From: Glycera tridactyla
Taxonomy: Eukaryota
NCBI GenBank assembly: GCA_965644265.1
Contig: OZ286459.1
Coordinates: 27,342,001 to 27,406,000 of the forward strand
Length of the DNA: 64,000 bases
Direction: 5' to 3'
A model generated the notes under the pieces. It saw nothing but the letters and a program-made list of their open reading frames with translations, did no database searches and was not told the DNA's origin. How positions within the stretch are numbered: the first letter of the stretch is position 1; the number at the start of each line of letters is the position of its first letter. A program made the position numbers and the translations under genes. This document shows positions 13,627-25,500 of the stretch, piece by piece.

Positions 13627-16494
13627 GAAAACAAATAATAACATATTACATATGTTTTGTGGTACTCAAACTCCATAAATGACCGATTCATGAGCTGCAG
13701 AATGTAGCATATCCTACCCTTTTTCTGATGGCCTCCTTTATTGAGAAATTATTTTATGGAGCAGCATCAACCGACAAATCTGGACAACAATGTGTCGGCA
13801 TAAGCACCGAAAATATGCATACATCATGCTTGCCTGGCAAATGGTTCATGGACACGAAGCCAAAATACCCCCCAAAAAGCACTAGTTGTCAGTGAAACTT
13901 GATATGAAAAAACATAATGCAAAAAACATCTGCATTGCTTCTAGCACAAAACACTGACTGCAGCATGTAACCAACATGACGCCGCGCCGTCAGAGAAACC
14001 TGACGCTAACACTGTTACAGTCCAACATGTCCAGACTATGCTCTGACCAGAACCGTCGTAGAGAATTCATCGATCCCGTAAGAAATATTTCACGTATATG
14101 CAACAATTTCTACCATGCACTAAATGAATCGCGCATGGCGCCATTTCTCAATGGTGATTGGCATGGGGGTGATTTGATCACCTGTAATTGATTATCATGT
14201 GAAAGGCGTTCTGTGGAATGATATAATTGTAGCATAATCGTGATAGAACAAATTAATCGGCATAGCAAATCTATGCAGTTGATACAGCAAGAGCTACTGC
14301 ACAATTCCACGGCGAATTATCGCCGTGATGCAGCCGGAGTCTGGACATGTTGAATATCGTTGAACAGAACAACAAAAGCCCAAATGTGGCGATATCCCCA
14401 ACTGTCTGTTATGTATGTGGTCAATCTGCTTCTCTCGATCGATGATAGTTCAGCTACTGTAAACTCAAATTATGAGCTTGATGGAGAGACGTTGGGAGAA
14501 TTGTACCAGATCCAGCAATCAATGTGGCGGCCAAAAGCAACTCCAGTAACTCTATGGCGATCCGATGCGGCCTCCGTAAATGCTTGAAGCTAATGGCTAA
14601 ACATGCCATAAGATATGGGCCGAGTACCAGTGATTATCAATCATGATTCTCCCTCGATCAAACCATCACCTCCACCAGCATCATCAACATTTGTCTGATG
14701 CATTTCCGTATCGTCAACAGGTGGCCGATACCAGATTCAATTTCCCGCTTCTTTCCCAGCTGGAAATTGACCACAAACACTTGACTATCGAATCAAATCA
14801 TCCTAATTTTAGCTTTATCTAACCACTGGAATTTCCCATGATAAGATATGAGCCTTCGCAGACTTCCTGATATCACGTACTGACAGACAGTCGAGGGATA
14901 CCGCCATCTATTGGGTAAGACAAGAAACATCAACAGGAAACAGATGAAGAGTTACCCACCTCACTTATCTCATAAGAATCATCTACAGTCTCGATGCCTC
15001 GAGACATTAGCATTACATTTAATAATAATAATATTAATTACACATTTTTTGCACTAACAACAAATTGCTCACGAGTTCATATTAAAGAGATATGTTTCAT
15101 TTTGTATATGGACGGAGGTTCTTGTCCAGAGATTTGCACAAGAATAACAAGGTATTTTCTCAAAGATATCATAGATATGGAGTTATATATAATATAGAAA
15201 CACCGAGACACTCACATTTACCACAGTCATCTCTACGGGGACTCATTAGTATTTCTGGGACTACAAAAACTAGCACTGACTAAAACAAGGTCCCACGTTA
15301 CAAGCTCTCAAGATCCAATTTGCGTAAGTAAGCAGCCGACGGGTCCGTGATAGCCCGATAAAACTAAACATCATCGCGTAGGTATTCCATACAACAGTTG
15401 CTCCATGAAATTCCTGAGGCGATTTCCTTCAAGGAGAGCGTGGTCATTTTACCTGATATCACGGCCCGTGGCAGTCATCCGCGGTTTTACACGGTGTTCA
15501 CACCACTTACGATAATGCCCAAAAGATAACTCACAACCATGCAATGTTTCCAGAAACATCACAGAAGTTGATATCTCTTGAGTTTGGCAGCATCTGCAGT
15601 GAATTAATTCATTAACTATCCTAAATCGTGAAGTTCAGACACAATTTCGATCGTTGATAGCTTGTTACTGGGGCTTAGCGTCTCATACAATTTGAGAACA
15701 ATTGATCTATACATACATTCATATTCATGTATATATATATATATATTTTTATCATAGTATATTATACCTGCAGACTACACATAAGTGACAACACACCATG
15801 AACATTAGCCAAATAATGTACACAATAATTTAATTGTTTACAATTATATATCCCCTTACAATATTAACACAATTATAGGGTCAGAACTCAAACACCAAAC
15901 CGAACAGAACCTACCAAAATATCAAACATCATCAAATAAACTGAATATATCGTTATGATGACAAAATTACATAACTGCCAAAATATCAACCATATGGTCC
16001 ACTGAATCCAACTTCATTGTGTATTCAGATGATATTTTGCCGTTCATCTTGTTTGATAAATGTGGTTAATTTTTCGGCATTTTAGTACGGACCCAATTAT
16101 AGACAATTCACTAGCTTTATCATCTACAGTCACAGTTCCAGAGCAGATTATCCGGACCAATAAGCAAAAAAATCGGGTTGAATCTTGACATACTGAAAAT
16201 CGCCAAAAGCACCAAATCTTCCACCGAGAGCGTTTGACCGACAAGCCTCCAGATAAGTGAATAACCGAACAACGTGAGGGAAACGGGCTGAGAGGAGGAG
16301 CTGATGCCGTCTTGTGCCGGTCAAAAGTCCATCACAGGTAAATAAAAATCCTAATATCATTGTTGCGATGGGTCTTGAGTATTGTATTTGGCGATCTTCG
16401 GTGTGCTGCACATTTGCGTCGGGATAAGCGGCTCACCGCTGCGTTTTATTGCTGAGCTTTGAGTGGAGGCAATGTCCCTAGGCACCAGGATTGG

Positions 16495-16557
16495 TCATTG
16501 GTAGCACGTCTGGATTGCCATGGGCATGATGGGAGATAGACCCTCTTCTTTGAGACC
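16495..16557 (-). CDS. cpo: probable cpo terminal coding exon ([20 protein letters not shown])
   Basis: tatttgcttgcag|GGT...CAA TGA; phase 0; nearest good acceptor after the MGE exon; sequence not family-diagnostic. Confidence 0.65.
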   Translation of the reverse strand, partial: GLKEEGLSPIMPMAIQTCYQ

Positions 16558-19500
16558 CTGCAAGCAAATAACACCAATATATAATAACGAAAATGGCACA
16601 GGGAAAACCGCCATAGTATCCTAAACTGTAGCTTCGTATCCCAAAAGAAAATGGCCGATATATCGGGAGTTGTTCACCTTGTCACGTGATCGACCTTCGA
16701 TCTCTCAATCACGTGACAAAGCAACGGTACCAACACAGTAGCCATTTGCTGAGGAAAGGAGTCAGTCGATTCCTTAAAGCTCTGACTTTGCAACCCTATC
16801 TATGAGTAACGTGAACTTCTACATTACCATATATAGTGTTTGTCTGTTTGTTTGTTTGAGATGCAACGACATGTATCAACCCAGAGGCTTATGTATACCA
16901 TGTGTTCCGGGTAAATGAAAGTTGGATATTCTCTCCCCTACAGACATCACTCACACAAACCCTGAACCAAAGATGATGGGGAACCTGAAAGGTTGTCGTA
17001 TTCACTTGATGTATTGCAATGCATGAGAAAAAACTCATCTAATGTGGCTTGGTTGGTTTATCACATAGATGTGACATTTTCATTGAAGTATCGGGTGTTA
17101 AGCATTACTTGTGATACTTCACAGCTGGGTGAGAACTACTTTTTGACAATTCCACACCTAATCCATGTCATAAAAGCAAGAATATATGGCAGTGAGGTAA
17201 AATCATAACACGAAAATCATTGTGAATTTTGCTGGATGTCACTCAGCCTTCAGCATCATGATGCCCTGCAAAATTCACAGCTTGCTTGGTATAGCATTTT
17301 TACTTCACGGCCATATATTCCTGTTATAACCTCCAATCAGGGCAGCTAGAATAATTGTTTGTTTGAGGTTCAATGGCATGTATCAAGCCTATTGTCATGT
17401 ATGCTGTGTGTTCCTTGTTAATGAAAGCTAAATGTTCTCTCCCCTGCAGACATCACTCTCACAAACCCTGAACACAAGATGATGGGGAACCTGAAACTTA
17501 AGCTGCCAACATACTTTCATTCAAAAAAAAAACAATCAAAAGGAGGTAAACCTCTCATATCTTTCCCCCTTTGGCTGCAACATAAACAAGTGATTGCTTT
17601 CACGACCTACCTCTCCCATTTTGTTCTTCGCATATTCTATACGGATGCCTCCGCGCTCAGATGAGAGAAGAACAAAACCCTGCAATCTATTTAGTGCTTC
17701 TGTGGCAAAGCATAGGTCCTGCAACAGCAAAACAAACATTCATCAAAACGTTGTTCCTCACCGAAATACATGCATACAAATTCAAATTCAGAATCTAGCT
17801 AATTTTCAATAATCAATCAAACAAAAGCTAATCTCACCCTAGAAAACTAACATCCTGTCTCAAAATCATTGATCGACAGCTTCCGAGAATCTCGTGATTT
17901 TCAAATTTCGCAACATAAACAACGTGAAATGAGCAATAATTCACACACTGAATTAGATTCTAATCACATATAAGTATACTATTTGGTTACTTTCCCCATA
18001 TAAATCAATTCCCTAGAAATGTTCAGGGAATGAGAACTACTCATCTCATACCATGCCCAGAAATGTACATATATGCACATCAGCTGAACTTATACAGTCA
18101 ACCCCCTTGAGTTCACATGTTGGTATATTTGGTGCAGGTTATACTAAAAGATGTGACACACATGACATGATCAGCCCACGAGATACAAAATATCACCACA
18201 TCACTGACAGAACAACAGCGTAAGTCTGTCGAATGCTGCGACAACATCAGGTATCTCATGGGTGCGGGGAACTACTACGAAAAAGGGCGTAGGAACGTAC
18301 TGGCTTATAGACACCTAGAATTATGATGCCGGTGATCATGAGAACTAGAAACAGTGCAGAATATATCACCTTGATAATAAAACAAGCCTGAGAATATCAC
18401 TAGGGAGAAGTGCTCCAAACAAATCGTAAATGAAATGATGAGATAATACTATGAAATCAACACGCTAAAATGGTTACATTTCTACAGAATATATATCTGG
18501 AATTTGAGTTTTCTCACACCATTCCACAAATATCTACATTACATTATTCAAAAGCGCATTGCCTAATACAAATAAACAGAGAGCAATGTTTCTCTCTGAC
18601 GAGGTGTAGTTGGGATAGATCGAGCAATGGCCTCCATCCAAATTAACGCAGATTCTATCTTAATATTCCACATATGTTATAACTATGCTTTGCAGTTCCG
18701 CATTGGGGTCTGGTTTGAAGGACTACAGTCAAACCTACTCGAGAGTCCACCTCTCTATAAAGGCCACCTATCTATAAAGGCGGACATGAGCTGCGACCTT
18801 GATAGTATTTTCAACAGAAAATGACCTCTCTAACAGCCACCAGCCTATGAAGGCCAGTTCCCAATGCAACCGAAGGTGGCTTTTATAGTCAGGTTCGACT
18901 GTATATAATTGAGATGACAAGTATCAGGATATCTCGTTTGTTTTTGTTTTTCTTCTATGATATATTAGGTATTGGAATCCAATACGTAGGGATCATCCAC
19001 AGGAAACTCTTAACTTCTGCACAAACGAGTGGTCATTATATTCCTGCCATGTTAAGTGACTGTCTCAGGCTTGTCTTGTGAGATTAGTTATGACAACATA
19101 GACTTAATACATGTAGTGACAACAGCAACTTTACAATGAATGACTATCGGAAGATGTAGACGGATACAGAACTCGTACAAGACATATTCATGTTTTCCTT
19201 AGAGATCACATGGAAATGCTCCAATTCATTAGTAACTACGCCACAGTGACCGTTGTCATGCTGAAGACCGAGCAAGGGGGAATATTATCACTAGTCGTCA
19301 TTGTTGTCGTCATTGTCATTGTCACTGTTGTCGTCATCGTTGTCACAACACAATGACAACTGTGTGATACGGAAGACTCGCCTACTTTTATTGATTCATG
19401 CAGGCACTACCCATGATCCCCCTCAAAAGCTGCTTCCCCCAAATATCGTCTTAACAATGACTTAACAATGACTTAAAAGTTTGTCTGCAGATGAACCTAC

Positions 19501-22500
19501 AGGCATCGCTTCGTAATTACCACAAGCTTGCACAAGACCGATTCACAAGCTCTATGCAAAGGCCAACTATCCTCTAATGGTGAGGTGATTCGAAAGCCAC
19601 ATCTCAATGAATGATTTTAATGCTGTGCCAATCTTGTCATGACTAATCTCATCAGGTTTGGCGAGAGAATTATAGCTCGAACTCAAGCAGGTGGCAGCAG
19701 TTGAAAGGATATTCGCCAGTTACGACTGACCACCATTCCCGCATTTATGTCCACCTCAAGCACTTTCTACCAGCAGACAGCAAGAGCAAGTAGTATAGAG
19801 GATTCATTTGCTTTCAAGTGATTTCATCAGTTTTGCTTCAATCAGCCATAAGCAGAAAAGGTTGAATCCACTCGGGATATACCCTTAGGAGAAATTCGCC
19901 TATAGAGGGTCACTGTAGAATCCAATCTTGCTGGATCCTGCCAGTAATGTGACTGCGGCAATGAACTAGATGGAAGGGAACGTAGTGTCAGCCACTTCTA
20001 TTCATTGTGAATGATTCTACAATTCTAGAGCAATAATTACTTAATAATTCTGTACTCTACATGGGACAGCATTTCATTTACTAATTTGTACATCATGACC
20101 ATCCAAGTGGGTAGGGATGTATTCAAATAAATTTGTAAAAGTGAACTTGAAAGGGTTTTATTCAGCATAGAAAGATCTACAGTCAAACCTGCTCTAAAGA
20201 CCACCTCTCTATAGAGACCACCTCTCTATAAAGACCGTCTGAGCTGCGACCGTGGTAGTATTTTAAACAGTAAAAGACCTCTATAAAGACCACCTGCCCA
20301 TAAAGACCGCTTTTTGATGCGACCGAAGGCGGTCTTTATAGACAGGTTCGACTGTATGTGATGAGATCTCCTTGGAAGAAATTCGGGTGAACCCTGGGGT
20401 TCAATTCCATTCACACTTCATCGAACTACTGCCTATCTTCTACACTATGCAATTTCATTCCAACAGCGCTACCAAATTTAGTTGATCAGATCTAATTTTG
20501 CATGCAATCCGGTGATGATCGGCAGTGCCAATGGGAGCATTTGGATTATAATCAATTTATTCATACAGAATTACCCAAATCTGCAAACGGTCCAACTTAT
20601 CACAGTGTTTAGGGCCACTGGTGCTGTTCGAGAGGGCTGACGATATTTTCCAACATTTACATAGGGGACGAACCAAATTTGAATTGTTCTCATGGACCCA
20701 GGAGATTTTTCGTAACAAGAGTATGGGACTGCAGATGGGTGGGTGACTTGCCTACCTGAAATTCTACAAAGGCAACAGGTGAACCTCCCTTGTTATGCAT
20801 ACGGAGACGGCTAAAACCAGGAAAACTGAAATAAAATAAAATAGCAATGCAGCTGATGTATCGTAAGGCAGTGACCGATTATTATTATTTTTTTTTTGCA
20901 AAAGAATGACTTCGCTGTCATCAGCATACCAATCAGAGGGCATTCATGGTGTTTGGTCAGTGGGTAGGGGTCGGGTGGGGCGAGAGAAAGTGCGCTGTAG
21001 GTGGCTGTTCACCCAAAACACGGCTCAGATCAAGAACAATCGAGGCTCAACCAGTCTGACTAGCCAAAAATGCATCGCACCCCTGGTGGTATTTTTTTTC
21101 CAGGTTCAGATTCATTTCCACAAGTCCGAGAGAGAAGAATTGGCAATTTCTGTGAGAGATATTGTGTGATAAAGAGAGGTAAGTGAGAGACAGAACGTGC
21201 TAAAGTGACGGTACAAAACACAGCGGCTTCCTCACCAATATACGATGCTACGAAATCAAATATCGCCCCTGGCAAGTCAAAAGTCTTAACCACACACGAG
21301 AGAACCGACGATGGTCAAGTATCAGTTACTTGCTCATCCATCCTTTCAGCAGGGCAACAGTGCAATCTTTGGATTGCCCATGGATGAAATAAAGAGATGA
21401 TGAAATTGATTGAATATAAGTTATATCGAGTGTTCTCCGATTGCCAAGGGACACATTCTTTGTTTTTGGATTAAATGTGGATATCCTGTTCATGAAGTTT
21501 TTTATAAAAAAAATCAGGTTTAATGGCATGTATCAACCCAAGGGTTATGTATGCCGCTCTTTCCTGGTCAATGAAAGCTAGGTGTTTGTTCATAAAGAAA
21601 GAGTTCAACTGAACTCTCCTTAATTCAATTCTAAATCTTACCTCAAAATTCTGAGGACTATATTTTCACATTGTTTATCCTTTCAGGCCACCATCACGTG
21701 GACATGACATTATCCCGACCTCAATCATTGTCGACTGGGATTTTTGGATTACGAAATTGACCCATCCTTTCTAAAAGAGACTAAACTATATTGGAAATAC
21801 AGGATGGGAAATATGATTATATTATCAAGAAGAGCCCAAATGATTTCTCATGCTCTTATTTCAAGAATTAACTTAGCTGATTCAAGAAATAGTTAATTAA
21901 AGAAGCAAAAGCTATGCTCCCCAGGAATCTGCCTCTGAAGTATTTTCGAATAAGTTGTCCTTGGTTACCATGGTGAATATGGTGATAGTCACACAGCAAC
22001 AGATCATGACACCACTAATTCAAAAGTACTGAATGAATATCCTGAATCGAGTCCCATAATTTGGAAGCTGCTCTTTGATAAACAGGTCACTGCTGGATAG
22101 CAGTCTGCAATCCGTTATGAATTTGTGGGATACTAATGAAGAGTACCTTCTCCTATCTCTGCGTCTATAGATGTAAACACTTTCAAACAATGACTGGTAG
22201 GCTACACTACATAGAAGGCTGGGCGCTGTTTTTGTTCAGAGCCAATAGGACAAGCCGGCGAAGCTATGGATATATCATGGGAAGTGAACGAGGAAATGTT
22301 ATTAGTGGTGCGGTTGTGCCATGTCTATGAAAGGAAAATGACATAATCCAAAATATGCACGATTAGCAAGGGAGCAATCTGGTCATGTGATTTCCCAAAA
22401 TAGGCCGTGAATGCTCCCAACTTGCTGCACGATGCAAAGATGGTTAAATTAGGTCGGTAGTGAGACCGCCAAAAGCATACTTCTTTTGGACTATGTCATT

Positions 22501-25500
22501 GGTGCAGGTGAGGAGAAGCAATTGGTAATTCTACTAAAACCACAACAACAGTTAAGATGATAAGCAATTCAGAAATGCATCGTAAACCACAAAACTGTCC
22601 AAAAAAATTACAAATTTCCAGCAAGAATATTTGTTTGTAGAATACATGCTCATCAACAAATATTCTAAAGCGATTTGGATGAAATGGAAAATGGAATATA
22701 AAAAGTTCTACAACTAGTAAAAAGAGTGGAAATATGCATGTCTGCAATTGGGGACAAATGAAATGATCGCACTCGTACTTTTAGTTCAGGGTCAAATCAC
22801 ATATGAGAAAGAAACAACACATGACAGTCAATGTGATATGCATTTTTGAATGGCCTGTGACACAAACTGACAATTAACAGAACACACTTATGAAGACAAC
22901 AAATGAAGATATGAGAAGACGTGACTACAGTGCAATACAATACGGACAAAGAACAATCAGTCTCTAATACCACCAACACTGTGACCTCAAGGAGGTAACT
23001 TGTAACTCCGAAACCGGTCCACTTGTGTAGTTCGGGCCAGCCCCGAGGAGTCCAAGAATATTGATAGTTTTTTTCCCCTAACAAAACCTATATACATGGT
23101 CCCCGATGATGTAGCAACTAACAAAGCATATAATATACATTGCTGCATTGATAACTATACACCCGCTCACCCTTAATCAGCTTTTGGCAAGAGAAGCAAA
23201 TTTTATATGAGTCATGAAGCCATAACTATGTATGAGAATGTTATGAAGTATCTGAACAGAAAGCGTCAGTGGATATCGGCCAAAAAGTCCTGCGTGACTC
23301 TCCTGGTTAAATGACAAGTGAGTCTCTCCAATGCCACTGAAATTTGGAATTTGAGCCAAACTAAAGAATATGGATTGGGAAAATTTGCTTTCTCGTCCAT
23401 TCGCTTTATCTCGATTCTGACTGCATCAATGTTGGCTATCGATGGAATGAAGACTCGTACTGGATATTCACCCAGTTTTCGTCGATATCAATATTAGCGA
23501 AACGAATATGACTATCTGAAGAATCTACCTTCTGTATCAACACTTCAAATTCAAATGTAAAAATAACCATATTCACTGCTTATATAATTTGTCAAGTGCA
23601 CGACTAGACTTTCGAAAAAATGGGGTAATCTTCACGCCTGTGCCCTGCTGAATTTTACAATTTTTGAGATAACGAAAATGCTGTGAACTGAAAGAGTTGG
23701 CTAATCTCACTCAATAAGTCTTGTCGTCACGATGAGGAGCTGCAACGGTTGATGCTGGATCGGTCACGTCAAGCCTCTCAAAGGACTCCCAAGAATTCAT
23801 GAGTGATACGATTCAGGCAGCGGCACAGGACGTGGGTTCGAACTAAGGCCTTTGGCTTCCTACCTGCTGAATAGCTCCTTAAGTTCATGTTCAGAAGAGA
23901 AAGGGCCTAGATTAGCTACAAACAGGGTGGAGCACGGTCCATTCTGGCTGCCGTTGGGAGTCCCGTTGCTGACAGGACTGCCTAGCATGGGACTCGGGGC
24001 ACTGAGTGCCTGCGGATGGTGTGCCTGAGGATGGTGAGGCTGGGGCATCGCCGCGAATGGCGTCGTGGTGCCAGGGTGAGCCATGGCATAACCGTGAACC
24101 TGCCAAAGACAAACACATGGGTGCACCCTACCATTAGTTCATGGACCGCCACTGCGCTCTTTGGGGGGAAGGTTCCCGCTTCCGCCATCGAAAATACAGC
24201 ATACATCTCCTCGGGAATATGGGCTCAATTTGATGACCCTGGCTTCCTAAAGGTGAATGGGACTTAACTAACAGTTGGGAGTTACCTGGACCGGGATGTA
24301 TTCGATACTGAGAAAGAGCAGTTGATGTTCAAAAAGAAAGGATTTGAGTCAAGTTCCATCTTACGTGTACACCAATATTTCACTGGTAGTAAGACAACCA
24401 TAACTCGGTAAAATTAAAGATCACCAAAAATTATCTTCTCTTACTCTAGGAGTTGTTTCTGAAGTAGAATCAAAAGGACAAAATCTAACCAGGAGACACT
24501 GTCATATCTCCGTACAAGAAGTTTCAATTTTCCTCATACGTTCAGCGATTAGAAAAATTATTGGCAATCAGAAAAAAGTTCTTGGAAGGAACTGGTATTC
24601 ATCGAATGTTCTGAGAAGTGTCTTGCAAGGGATTTTGTGCACTCGTTAGAAATTTGCATTACACTCGTTTGAAGGAATGTACCAATGGCTACTATGGAAA
24701 TCCATTTGGCCACCCATATATGCTAAATCTGCGTGAAACCCCTTCCTCTTTCTTTAAGACCATGTCCGTTGTCCTTGTTTCAAAGTCGGAGATGGTGCTG
24801 ATAAGTCTTCTGAGATGGCAACATTTCCTCATGACCATCATCTAACTGCCACCTGTGGGCATCTATCGGAACCTGCAGTACTAGAAAGTTGCCACCAGAT
24901 GCCACTTCCATGCCTCCTAAAATAAGCGGTGGTGTGCATTTCCCCTAACAGGTGTCACTTGTGTGTCTCAGGTGGCATTCTGTTCAGTCTCAACCAATCT
25001 CAGCAGGTGGCACTGTGCCAGTGCAAGGAAAGCGTGCAAAGCGTATATACACATGATGATAATAATAATGGCCAAGTGCACATGCATAGAATGCCCCCAG
25101 CTGATGTCTCCCAGGCCGTTCTCGTTCTCGTCCATTGATTGATGATGACAGAGTGACGGACTACCATTAACATTTCTGCTACATTATGTTATGCTGTTAT
25201 TCAGAAAAGCACCAAACATCAGCTCTTCAAAGTGAGAAAGACTGCCACCTATAATGAATCATCAAAATTAAGAAACCACCTGCATAAACTCTAGACTACA
25301 CAGTTTTTTTGCAGATCACTTTAGATTCCAAACTTCAACATCTTCTATGGTCATTTGGTTCATGACAGTTACACTGGAGATATGTCAGCCGTTGCGACTA
25401 TTAATTTTTATCATAGGTTACAGTTGTGAAACATGAAATCAATGAAGCCACATGGATGGATTTCCCCATTTGAAGCAGCAATTTGAACCTGGCAATTTGA

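Noticed and set aside
16432-16437. Donor-like gcg|gtgagc 58 nt after the stop (possible NMD-triggering UTR intron)
   Set aside because: No partner acceptor identifiable; such hexamers occur often by chance, and this one sits in a small hairpin.
23828-23845. gtgggttcgaact as a tRNA T-arm/B-box
   Set aside because: No T-stem pairing, A-box or cloverleaf; lies immediately after a splice donor.
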